Assembly (NCBI GenBank): GCA_010093605.1
Contig: MU004196.1
Span: 704,606-768,605 of the forward strand
DNA: 64,000 nt
Direction: 5' to 3'
From: Lophium mytilinum
Lineage: Eukaryota
Shown: piece after piece, positions 50,263-61,397 of the stretch
How the letters are laid out: the number at the start of each line of letters is the position of its first letter
Position numbering within the stretch: the first letter of the stretch is position 1
The notes under the pieces: model-generated
What the model saw: only the letters and a program-made list of their open reading frames with translations
Database searches by the model: none
Told to the model about the DNA's origin: nothing
Translations under genes and position numbers: made by a program

Positions 50263-51098
50263 TCAACCATCCAGCTTCGCCGCAGTGTCGGCAACCTCGC
50301 TCGCCGTCTTAGCTAGGTCTACATCCTCCTTCTCTTTTGCGACCTCGGCCGGCGCAGTGCCCTCTCCACTCACAAGCTTCTTTACAACATCTACTGTAGC
50401 TGCCGGTCCGCCTGTCTCAGCTGCTAGCACCTTGCCTTCTTTGTCAATGACGAAGACTCCGCGCTTGGTGCCCTTAGGTGCCTTCTGTAGGCCGATGGCC
50501 TTGATGAGCGTGGCGGAAGGATCGCAGAGAAGCGTGTAAGGGAGGTTCTGCTTGGCCTTGAAGGTGGTGTTGGCTTTCGGGCTGTCCGAGCTGAGGCCGT
50601 AAATTTGGAAGCCAGTGTCGGTTAGGGGGGTGTAGGAGTCGCGGAAAAGGCACGCCTGAGTTGTGCCTATTCATCCTCATTAGTTCGATCCTGAACAAAC
50701 GTATAGTCGAGCAAAGCATGTTTGACAGGGGCGCATTGGAGCAAACGAGGTCACTTACATCCTGGTGTGCTAGCCTTGGGATAAGTGAACAGCACAACGC
50801 CGCCCTTGCTCTCCTCCACCAGCGCCTTGAGTGTCGTCTTCGCGCCCTCGTGTGTCTCGATCTCGCCGCCAAAGGTCGCTAGGTCAATGATGTCGCCGAC
50901 AGCTGGCGCGCCAGTCACTGGGGATGCTTTCTTCGCGCCATTGGTCGGCACTACGGCTTCTTTCACAGCTTCGACTTTGGCGACGACTGCCTCCTTGACT
51001 TTCGCAGCTTTGGACGGCGCAGGCTTCGCGGCAGCCTTCTTCTTTGCGGGCCGCACGGGCGCGGGAGGGGGCGTCTTGCGCTTTCGGAGCTCGACCAT
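50263..51098 (-). CDS. DOT5: Peroxiredoxin Q / BCP-type nuclear thiol peroxidase, 2 exons
   Basis: Basic NLS-like N-terminus MVELRKRK; VVLFTYPKASTPGC|TTQACLFRD; LPYTLLCDP; RGVFVIDKEG. Confidence 0.92.
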
Positions 51099-51999
51099 GG
51101 CGACGGACAAGTAAGTTACGCGTGGAAATTGAGTTTGGAGCTGGAAGCGCTCGCGATCAGTGTCTTTCGCGGGTTATATAGAAGAAGCGGGTGGGGAGAT
51201 GTTTGGGGAGCTGCGACACGGAGGGCCTCGATGCCCTGCTGGCGCTTACGAACCTGGTTGTGGTGGTACCTGTCGTATCACGAGAAGCACGATCTAAAGA
51301 CACAGAAGATGCGCTGGGGGTCTGTAACACGGGCAGACCAAGTTCACGGGCGGGAATTGGAGAAGGGGCAAGCTCTCGCAGCAGCTCTGGAGCTCAGCTT
51401 GGGGGACACGGGATGGCTCCCGTTGACCACCACAAGCTCCCCTTGGCGCGCAGCCATGTCGACAATCAGCGCGATAGTGGTGTTCTTGGGGCGAAAGCGA
51501 CGCCGCTGCCCCTGGTTCCGCTCGATGGATCGTGCCGTGCTGATTGGGTGTTGCAAGGCTGCGTGAGGATTGAGGGGGCTGGCGGATGCACTGGCTCCCG
51601 TCGAGCCGTCAAGCATCAACCGCTCTCCGACGTCCTCTTTCCCCACTCCCTACGCAGTCATCAGCAAGGCCACCTTCGATTGTCTATATGGATGTGTATC
51701 AATTCAATTTTAGGACGAACGAGGCGACTGCACCCTCTTCGAAGCACTCAGTGGTCAGACTTCGATGTATCAAGACTCCAATCCCTGCATTCAAATTTCA
51801 TTATCGAAAACGAACATCGCATTTCAAGGTGCTCTGGTACTGCCTCAAAAGGCCAACACAGACATCATCAGTATGCGTTTAGATCAATATGTCGAACACT
51901 AAATATATTGGTAATCTTCTAAACTGAAATTTCATCACAGCACTTTCCATACCTCCTTCTTCTTTACTGTTGAAGGAAAACGCTCCATGCCCAATGGCA

Positions 52000-53710
52000 T
52001 CACTCCAAATCCGCAGCGGACTTAGCGCTGTAGTTGTTCTTGCATGAGAAGGCCTCACCAGCAGCACCAGACGCCAGCGCAGTGCCCGAGGACCAGAGAC
52101 CTAGTACGCACTACGAAACGCAAGAACGTGAATTAGCACGGATTCGCGCGAAAAGAGACAAGTAGTTTAGTTGGGGATGCTTACCATGGCTGTGCCCAAG
52201 AGAAACACTCCAATGTTGAAGACGAATCCTGCCGTCTTTACCTTAGATGAAAACAGCCTGGTTCTGTTCATGTAGATCCAGAGAACGGCGGGAAGACCAT
52301 CTTTGAAGCGTTAGCACAAGTACGCGAAACTTATCTGATAAAAAACACTTACAGCTGAACCAGGAGCAGAAAAGGGCGCTCTGTGGCCAATGTCAGTGCC
52401 TAATCAACCTGAATTTGTCCAAAGGTGGCGATATGACTTACGATGAAACCTAGAAGTAAGTTGAAGCTCGGAATAGCCTCTGCAATTATCCAGCTGATGA
52501 CCCACGCCAAACCACAGATCCCAAGCCAGCTTCCGATGGCCTTGGTCCCGCTCTCATGGATCACGTCCGTACCCTTCCACAAGCGTACGTAGAGGTATTT
52601 GCAGGCTACCGAACCGTTGACGACACCCGCGATGACGATGGTGGGCAGCGCGATTCCAAAGCAGATTTTTGCCACTGTAGGCGATGCGGAGCCTAGGGCT
52701 GGCGACGCAACGCCGCGCCCAGCATAGTAGTATATGACGGCCGCGATGAGCATGTAGAACGTGCAGGCGGTGATCTGCATGAAAGCGAGAGCTTTCGGGA
52801 AGTCGTTGGGGTTCCTGAGCTCAGCGCAGAAGGAGAAAAAGGCGACATGGCCAGCGTATGCGAGGATGATGTTCATCACTGGACCCAAGCCCTTGATCAC
52901 CGGAACACCTGGTCGGACAGCGACAATGTGGCCCATATCAGGCTTCGAGATCCCGATGGCAATCATGGCAACGGTTACGGCGACGATGACGGATATACAC
53001 GAGAAGATAGATGCCCATGACACCCCCTTGAACGTGCGCGGAAGGCCAAAAATGAAGGACACAATCGTGCCAATCACCCCAAACCAGACTGAGCATATGG
53101 CGTGATCAGTGAGAACGTTCATCGCGATAGAGAACGACAGGACATGGGCGGCCATGATGAAGATCAGGATGAGGATCTGAGAGACCGCCATGATCTCTCG
53201 ACCGACAGGCCCAGCAATCATTTCTCCAGCATCCGCAAAGCTCTGGATCTGGGGATATGCCTTCTTGAACTCTCCTACGACAAAGCCTGTCCAGTAGGCG
53301 ATTATCCCGAGGAAGAAAATCAGCAAGAGGCCAGGGACTAATCCAAGCGTTGCGACTGCTTGTGGTAAGGACAGAACTCCCAGGGATATTGTTTCTGCGA
53401 GCATCAGGACACCACAGTGCCTATAGTACTCGTCAGTATAGTTTGAAAGTCGTATAGTGCTACCAGCGAAGATCACTCACCACCACTCCATCGACCTGTA
53501 ATGAATCCCGTCGCCATCTTCGTTGCCGAACACTGGATCCACGGCCTGTACATCTTTAGCAAGAATATCGCATCCATATGGCGATCCAGCACATACATGT
53601 CCATCATGGCTATTTTGGCCTTCCAAGCTCGACTCGGTGGACCCTTCGCAAACTGCCTCTTTAGCTTCCTTGTTTGGGGTTGAGCCCCATTTTGGTGTGC
53701 TCATTTTCAT
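52000..53710 (-). CDS. AAAP-family neutral amino-acid permease (Neurospora mtr-like), multi-exon
   Basis: IHYRSMEWW|HCGVLMLAETISLGVLSLPQAVATLGLVPG; AYAGHVAFFSFCAELRNPNDFPKAL; SPALGSA; IAEAIPSFNLLLGFI|SALFCSWFS. Confidence 0.92.
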
Positions 53711-54886
53711 TGTTCGGTACAGGCCCGGAGTCTACTGCAATTTTCGAATGTATCTGGGAGCGAAGAGTGTGTGCGAGCGAAGTTCGTGTGCGAGGAATTT
53801 TGAAAGTTGAAGAAGAGAAGACGCAGAAGTCGCGGACAGGTTTTATGCACGCGGGCCTATGTGCGACTGGTTGCTGCTATCTTACTGATCATGGGCCCAA
53901 CATCGAGCGTAATAAGGGACCCAGAGCTCAAGATACATACTAGCCTATGGCAGCCTCGACGAGTCTCTGGAACCCGTAATCAGACACCCGTACCATGGAT
54001 TGCCCCACGCACATGATTACACCTCAAAGTTCATGATTGTTATCTCGAGCGCTAGACGAGTTTATGATTTCCTTGTATTTCTATCTGGTTTCTGTTATCT
54101 CTCTTTCTTGTCACACATGGAGCTCCGCAGACTTCGCCTCCCTGGGGGAGCTGATGCAGGCATGGCGGACCGGCTCGTACCGTTGGAACCGAACACGCGC
54201 TGGTAACGTTCCAGGTCCCCCGGACATTCGACCGCGGTTTAGCTTATCTGCAAGAAGCCACATAACGTTTCAAATTAGTACTTAAAACTGGCACGATGAC
54301 GACGCACAGCGCGGGGAAGTGGGGCACACCTAAGTTTCTGCGTTTTGTCAGTTTTAAGATCATATATCGGTACCGTATATAAGTAGTGGTACATACATAC
54401 ATCAGATGCGATACCTGAGCAATTCCAATGGGGGGCACCTGGCGTCTCGCTTCGTTCTTCAACATTGATCTCCTATTATCTTGACACCGCAATGCGCTAC
54501 CTTCTCTCCCTTTTCTCTCTCCTGACACAGCACACATGAGTTAGCCGCAACCGCAACTGCACAAGACACGCAAAGGAAGAGTTTGCTCAAGATGATCGTG
54601 TGCTATTGCTATCCTTTGGAAAGCCATGTGCCTTGTAGACCGCTCGCACCCGGTGATTCCCCCCTTTAGATTGAAAGACCAACAGTCCCAGCAACCAGCC
54701 ATGAAAGCCATCATCACGACAACATCGTCCCCAAAACTTATCGCCATTCCAGGGAAGTTGCCCCACCCGCCTTCAAATAAGCCTTGTCTGTGATAGCTAG
54801 CCCTACATACCCAGATTAGCATCAGTATCAACTTCCAGTCCATCCGTCCCTGCATTTAGCTTACATGCTTGCCCATTTTCACCGGC

Positions 54887-55120
54887 CTACTTCTTCTCCG
54901 CCTTATCGATCTCGCGAAAGCCCTTCTGGATCTCCTTCGCCGTCTCGCAGTCGGCTGGGTTATCGAGGCGCAGGCCGTAGGACTCCATGAAGTGCTTTTG
55001 GTTGTCCCAACCGCCGTCTTTGATGAGTTGGTGGTTGGACTTCGCGCCGCCGGAGGTGGTGTTAGCAGACTTGCTGGAGTTGTTGGCCTTGGAGGCGGAG
55101 TTGGTAGATTGAGCGGGCAT
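54887..55120 (-). CDS. Small hypothetical protein, 77 aa
   Basis: Good start context (caagATG), C-ending codon bias, structured-looking motif IKDGGWDNQKHFMESYGLRL..DCETAKEI. Confidence 0.7.
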   Translation of the reverse strand: MPAQSTNSASKANNSSKSANTTSGGAKSNHQLIKDGGWDNQKHFMESYGLRLDNPADCETAKEIQKGFREIDKAEKK

Positions 55121-55387
55121 CTTGGATGCTTGGATGGGTGGTCGGTTGGCTGGTAAGGTTTGTGGAGGAGTATGGGCTTATTGGAGTGGGATGTTGTGGG
55201 TAGGTGTTGGGTTTGAGGAGGCGATGCTGATAATGAATTCATCGAAGCGGAAGTGTAGGCGACGTGAGTAAGGTGCACTATAAGGTGAATGAAACATAGA
55301 ATGGCGTCAGTCGGCGTTCTAGCGCCCAAGCCATGAGGATGTGGACACTAGTCGGCCTTAGATGCCGCCAGCTGGCTGTACTGAGAG

Positions 55388-55500
55388 GTTCACGAGCTCA
55401 AGAAATGACATCGTAAACTTCGAAACATAAATAGGCATGAGAGGCCTCAAACTCATACCTAAGCTATCAAAACAGCACTTCAACACCTCCAATCTAAGCG
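55388..55500 (-). repeat. Isolated inverted copy of the 141-bp array unit
   Basis: Reverse complement reads GATTGGAGGTGTTGAAGTGCTGTTTTGATAGCTTAGGTATGAGTTTGAGGCCTCTCATGCC...TTTACGATGTCATT, matching the 49285-49990 units. Confidence 0.8.
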
Positions 55501-56545
55501 TACTCCAGGTAGCGATTTCTTAGGTAGCTAAAAGGCAGATTAGCCTATACTACGTTGGCTTTTACCTCTGCGATCCTATATTTGCGGCAAGGCGGGAGTC
55601 TTCTCACCCCTATATTGGGACTACCATGGCGTTATGACAATGGTTTTTGGCGAATTTGGGGGAAACAATGTGGTATGCCTGGCCAGGCTTGACAGCAGAA
55701 GAACTTGTTTCCTGGGCTGAGTCCTAAGGCGCATTTCCTGGCGCTTCCCCCTTCTCCATCTACATAAGAGAAGAGGATACCCTATTTTCAGCCTCAGTGA
55801 CGTGTTCATGACCCGTTTTTGCACGGAGGACCTCAGTGAGTATGTTCTCATGCAGTTAAAAGGTAGGATGGTTTCTACTGCATTGATCTTCACATCGTAC
55901 TTAGAGCCTACATAATCTGTCAGCGATATGTTGTTGTACTGGAACTTCTCTCTTACTATCTGGACATCGCCGTAAGGAGCACTACAGTTAGCACGCCTTC
56001 GGTCTGCCGACCAGTAGTCCCACGTCCTCTGCGGAGAGTTTCACATCGTATGCACATGTCGTAAAACCCGCAAGGACATTGCAAGCGATTGCAAGCTGCC
56101 TGAACGTATGTCTTAGAGCGGTCGTACTGCTATACCAATATAGCGGTACCGCTTTTGCCAGGTAAATATTGCTGTCAAGGGTAGCCCAGCTAGCACATCT
56201 TCATTAAGTCAAAAGGCAATTAATCAATTGTAATAATGGCATTCAATTCTGCGAGCCGAAGCTCAAGGGTATCAAGAATCCTATCGTACACTCCCCATCA
56301 TGAAATCGTTCCAAAATGCTAGAAGTACACCAAATCCCAGTTGAATAGTAAAGGAAAAGCCAGAGTCAAGCGCACCAACTGCCCGCGCGTTCCAAGCTGA
56401 ACGCAATGCCCGAAACCCAACTAGCACGCCATTACGCGGGTGAACGCGCCATGGCGCGCAGGTCGAGAGTGGCACTGGCTCTGCTCAAGAAAGCGAGGCA
56501 CGTCTATGCAGGCTTGCGGAGGTCGGTTGGATGCAGCGGGCGCGT

Positions 56546-56945
56546 CTAGTAGACTTGGTGCGCGCCACGGCCATCAGTGCCGTGCATGCGGCGGGTGCCA
56601 GCAGCCTAAGAACTTCAAGTCAGCATATATGTATGGCTAATGGTCATAGTTGATAGTCCTTACCTTCAGACCCGGACGCCTCGTCAAAGAGCCTCGGAGC
56701 TTCATCATTGCGCCAGAGACCTTGTCGCCCATGCTGACCTTGCGCCTGTGATGAACGCCTGTCGTTCCGACGCCAGCTCCGCCGTGTCCGCCATGGGTAG
56801 TGCGGGTGGTCTTGGTCGTAGTGGTAGTGGTCGTCGTAGCGGGAGTGTGGCGGGTGGTGCGTGCAGTGCGGGCACTACGGCGGCCGCGAAGGCGCGACAT
56901 CAAGCTAGGCTTGCGGGTGGTGGTGCGGGTTGAGCGGCGGACCAT
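56546..56945 (-). CDS. Small basic R/T/H-rich conserved fungal protein, 2 exons
   Basis: HHRRKVSMGDKVSGAMMKLRGSLTRRPGLK|AAGTRRMHGTDGRGAHQVY*; intron gtaagg...gctgac...cttag. Confidence 0.8.
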
Positions 56946-58038
56946 GATGAAGAGTTGTTGTTTGGTTTGGTTTGGTTTGGTTTTGAAGTTGAGTTGCTGT
57001 GGTGTGGAGCGATGTGATGTTGTTGATAATGAAAAGACGAAGAGGCGAATCTCAGCGGTACTTTATACCTTCTCTATCAAAGAGCTCACCCATGTCTTAA
57101 AACAGGTTCACATTCACCCCAGGATCGGCGGGCGTGAGACGTCATGGCCGTGAGGTGGTGTGGCGCATGACGACCCCCCTGTGGAGGCTGGGATTCGGGC
57201 AGGGAACAGCGGGCGGGGACACTTGTGGAGACTGGGCTTTCGTCATTGCGTTGATTGGCTTTCACAGCACGAGAAAGCCTCCGATGCGTTTCTGGCTTGC
57301 GGAGAGTTGCTGGATCGAGATGAAACCGGGTATGGGAAGCGAGAGAGCTTGGACCCTAGCAGAAGCGGCGACGTCATTCTCAGCCCTATGGAAACCGCCA
57401 GTAACCTCACCTCATGATCGTGAGACCCCAGCAAGGCCTGATGATGCCCCAAGTCTACCATGGAAACAAGGCCCGCGATCCGGATGATTGTTTCCTTGTC
57501 TGTTTGTCTCAGGCTATGTAAATGTCTTGGGATTACGACGAATATGAACGCCTTCTTGGCACCTACGTACTGGCTTCACAGTTCCGCGATCCTATCCACG
57601 AGTCAAGAAAACAGCATAGCTGACGAAATGCAAGAAGACGCGTTTTGCAGTAGACTGACCCATTCAATAGTAGCATTTGGGGGCCTTTCGAGCAAGATTA
57701 GACGATCATTGCGAATCCAGAAAGGAATAAGGAAAGTCACGTGCACTCGAGACGCGCGTTTCGTACTTCGCCCATGTAGTTTCCTAGAATCTCACGATAG
57801 CTTCAAGGTGTTGTAACAACGTCTAGATATGTAGGTACAATTAAGGTAACGGCTTCGGGCCGACATCTCAAAGATCCACTCACTATCGATATGACCGCGA
57901 AGTGATGTAATGATGTGCTCACCACACGAATATTTCCCATGTCACCGTCCTCTCAACAAACCATTACCTCCAAGCCTAATCAGCATTTCTCTCAAGGAAA
58001 CTCTCAATCTATATCCTCAAGACCAGCCAGCTACCATC

Positions 58039-59055
58039 ATGAGCGAGTCAAAGTCTCAATTCGAACCTGGTACGTTTCCTAGCATCTTAGTCAATTTCTC
58101 CGTTCGATCTCTAATACGTTCTAGGCCATGAGGTCCCGGTGGCCCACCAAGACGCACCCGGCCTCCAACACAAGATGAAAGGGCCTGACCCGCAGGACGA
58201 GAACGTCCCCACCGAAGATGGCGGCTATCAGCTCTACAAAGCCGCGGGCAAGCTTAAGGGCAAGCGCGCCTTGATCACGGGCGGAGACTCAGGAATTGGC
58301 CGCGCAATTGCCATTCTATACGCCATGGAGGGTGCAGACAGCTTCATTGCCTACCTCAAGGAAGAGGAGAAGGACGCACAAGAGACGAAGCGGAAAGTCG
58401 AAGAGAAGGGGCAAAAGTGCCACCTCATGGCCACCGATCTCACGGACATGAAGAACTGCAAAGCTGTTGTGGAGGCAGCGGTGAAGGCGATGGGTGGGCT
58501 TGACATCCTAGTCAACAACGCCGCGTATCAGATGATGGTTGAGGATATCTTGGACTTGCCCGAGTACGTCTAACCCCCTTCTCTATCAGACTCTACCTTC
58601 AGCACGCAAAGCTTACACAACCCAGGGAACAATGGCTCCACACCTTCGCAACTAACATCCACCCCCTCTTCTACCTCTCTAAGTACGCCATTCCCCATCT
58701 CTCCCGCGGCAGCACCATCATCAACAACGCCTCCATAAACGCCTACATCGGCCGCCCGGATCTGCTTGATTACACCTCCACCAAGGGCGCCATCATCTCC
58801 TTCACGCGCGGCCTCTCCAACCAGTACGTCTCCAAGGGCATTCGAGTGAACGCAGTTGCACCAGGCCCGGTGTGGACGCCGCTGATCCCGGCGACGATGA
58901 ATGAGAAGGCGCAGAAGGAGTTCACGAGCCCGATGGGCAGGCCGGCGCAGCCTAGCGAGATTGCGACGTGCTTTGTCTTCTTGGCTAGTACGGACAGTTC
59001 CGCGATTAGTGGGCAGACGATTCATGCGAATGGAGGGGTTGTGGTGAATGGATAG
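58039..59055 (+). CDS. Short-chain dehydrogenase/reductase (YghA-like oxidoreductase), 3 exons
   Basis: YKAAGKLKGKRALITGGDSGIGRA; ILVNNAAYQ; LLDYTSTKGA (YxxxK); VNAVAPGPVWTPLI. Confidence 0.94.
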
Positions 59056-59412
59056 GTCGTGAGAGTCTGATAGCGTAGTAGATGTAATGATATGTGATCC
59101 AGAGCTTCATTAGCAGATTTCAGATTCAAAGTGATTGGTGATGATGAGTATATGAGCAATGACAAAGTAGAGAAGAGTACTGGAAAACTGGTCGTTATGC
59201 ATTTTTAGTGTGTCAAACTTTCTATGTAGTCACAAATATTGACTATAAAATCCTTGAAGCCGAAGGGAGCACTTTTCGTCTTCTTCGGCCCTCTATTCCA
59301 TACTTATGCGGGCCTCTGTAGCCTGAAGTGCCACCGCACGCGTGGTCAGAAAGACCCGCACGTAAAGTAAAGCCCTCGAGGGCATGGATTGGGTGTCTTC
59401 CGAGCAGCCACC

Positions 59413-60175
59413 TCATTTGATGCGCCCATCCTTGACCATCTCCCTGATCGTATCGATAGACCCCTCAACAGCCATCTTCGCCATCTGTTCAACGTGTTAG
59501 CCAGTCCCTTTACTCGCTCGATATCGCCGCCATCCGTCCCGCAGCTAATAACCATCCGGGCAATCAAAAGCCAGTCCGACATCATACGCAGATTTCCAAA
59601 AGAGCATTTGGCCTCCCTCGCCGCGATGAAAAAGCAGAATGAAGCAAACCACCACACACTAAAAAAAGAGACACTCACAGCCTTCACCTTCGCATACCTC
59701 TCCCCGGCCTCCTCACTCCCCTCCTCCAACTCCGGAAAAATCCACTCAAACATATACGTCATATGCAAATCCTCCACCCCCCCACTCGGCCCATCCGAAA
59801 TCAGATTCCGAATAATAGACCCATCTTCCTGCTTGAACTCAACCTATAACACCACCCATCGTTAGCATCAACGTTCCTTTTCCCAGCCGTTGATGGATTA
59901 GGTAGGATAGGCACACGTACCCACGCGTTCCCAAAACTCGTCACGACCTCCTTCGCGCTCGGCGCGGCGCCCATCCCGGGCTTGAACTGCACGACGCGCG
60001 TGACGACGCCCGCGGCGTCTTCGGAGAGCACGTCGCAGGATGTGATGGCGGAGACGAATTCTTGCGCGAAGCGGATCTTGCGCTGCAGGCCGGCCCAGAC
60101 TTGGGGGACGGTGAGGACGGGGGTGGCGGAGGGGGGGTTGATGGGGGCCGTGTAGGCGAGGTGGAAGTTGACCAT
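59413..60175 (-). CDS. DUF1857 (SRPBCC/AtaL-like) protein, 3 exons
   Basis: AYTAPINPP..PVLTVPQVWAGLQRKIRFAQEFV; VTRVVQF; NLISDGPSG..DLHMTYMFEW; last exon MAKMAVEGSIDTIREMVKDGRIK*. Confidence 0.85.
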
Positions 60176-60755
60176 TGCTGCGGTTGGGGGTTTAGGATGT
60201 TGTTCGTTGTTGGTGAGGGAGGTGGGGGTGGTGAGATTTGGGAGATTGGTGAGGGGTGAGGTGGAGTGGAGTGGGTGGACCCCGCGCGTTGTGGAACTTG
60301 GTGGTCGTTTTGCTTGTTTATTCAGGCCCCCATAGCTTTTGCATTACGCGGGTTTTATGTTTTGAGGTGAGATAAGTCGATGTTTGACGAAGGTGTACAA
60401 AACATTTGTGAATTTGATTCAATTTGCGGCGACGTCGTGCAAAGTGCAAGCGTGTAGGATGTCTAAGGGATCCAATCAGGGGCCCCGTGAATTTTACATG
60501 GTGAGTAATAGTTTAGATAGGTGTGAGGTGGCCGAATAGGCTATCAATGTGCGAAAGTGCAGACAGAGTCAAAGTGAGCTACTCCAGATTTAGAATCACA
60601 CCGAATAGAGTACCTTCTTAGAAGCTCCTAATTCACACCGTGTACCCCTAAGAGGAGTACCTAACTCCACATAAAGTGAGCCTCTTCAAGGCATAAATCC
60701 ACTCCGGGTATTCCATCTCGGTCCCTTAACCCACAATCGCAGCACTTCTACCACA

Positions 60756-61397
60756 TCACAACTTACTCCCATCCCTCCCCACCTTCCCCGTCCCCTCCAA
60801 ATGCTCCTCCCGCAAACTCCTCCCCGTCTCCCCAACCTCAAACGCCTCACACGGCAACGTCACCGCCACAAACCTCGCCGGCTCCGTCTCGCTCCCATTC
60901 CTCCACTGATGCATCGTGCCCCTCTGCACCACATGATCTCCCGGGTTCAACGTCAGCACCTCCCCCCCATCCAACGCCAGCTCCACAACCCCCAGCACAC
61001 AGATACTAAAATCCACGCTCACAGTCCGATGCATCTGGCTCACACCCCCCGGCGCGATATCCACGACAAGCAGGGTCGCGCCGCCCTTCCCATTGCCTTC
61101 GTGGACGCCGGCGACTTCCCCGGGCCCGATCACGATGTTCGTGCCTTTGTGGCTCGCTGGCCCGTTTTCGGCGAGGTAGGCGGTGATGTCGGCGTCGTTG
61201 GCGAGGATGGGTGGGAGCGTGCTAGTGGCGTAGGAGCGTGCCATGCCGCCGACGCCCTCGCGGCCGTGGTAGAGCTGGGGTGGGGAAGAGTGGACGACGG
61301 AGACGCCGGCGGGGGTGTGGGTGAGGATGTAGCGCTTGTTTGGGGGGAGGGAGGTGACGGCTTCGGTGAAGGCGCCGATTGTTTTTGCGTCGGCCAT
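60756..61397 (-). CDS. Cupin-domain protein with C-terminal PTS1 (-SKL)
   Basis: DIAPGGVSQMHRTVSVDFSICVLGVVELALDGGE...PGDHVVQRGTMHQWRN; ends DGSKL*. Confidence 0.88.
   Translation of the reverse strand: MADAKTIGAFTEAVTSLPPNKRYILTHTPAGVSVVHSSPPQLYHGREGVGGMARSYATSTLPPILANDADITAYLAENGPASHKGTNIVIGPGEVAGVHEGNGKGGATLLVVDIAPGGVSQMHRTVSVDFSICVLGVVELALDGGEVLTLNPGDHVVQRGTMHQWRNGSETEPARFVAVTLPCEAFEVGETGRSLREEHLEGTGKVGRDGSKL

Noticed and set aside
50668..50760. Intron splitting the peroxidatic Cys codon of DOT5 as a regulatory device
   Set aside because: Splice signals look ordinary and no alternative in-frame site was found; probably coincidental.
51129..51922. 243-aa and 145-aa ORFs between DOT5 and the permease
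   Set aside because: Non-ATG starts, no recognisable features, overlap with the DOT5 promoter (TATA-like sequence near 51175).
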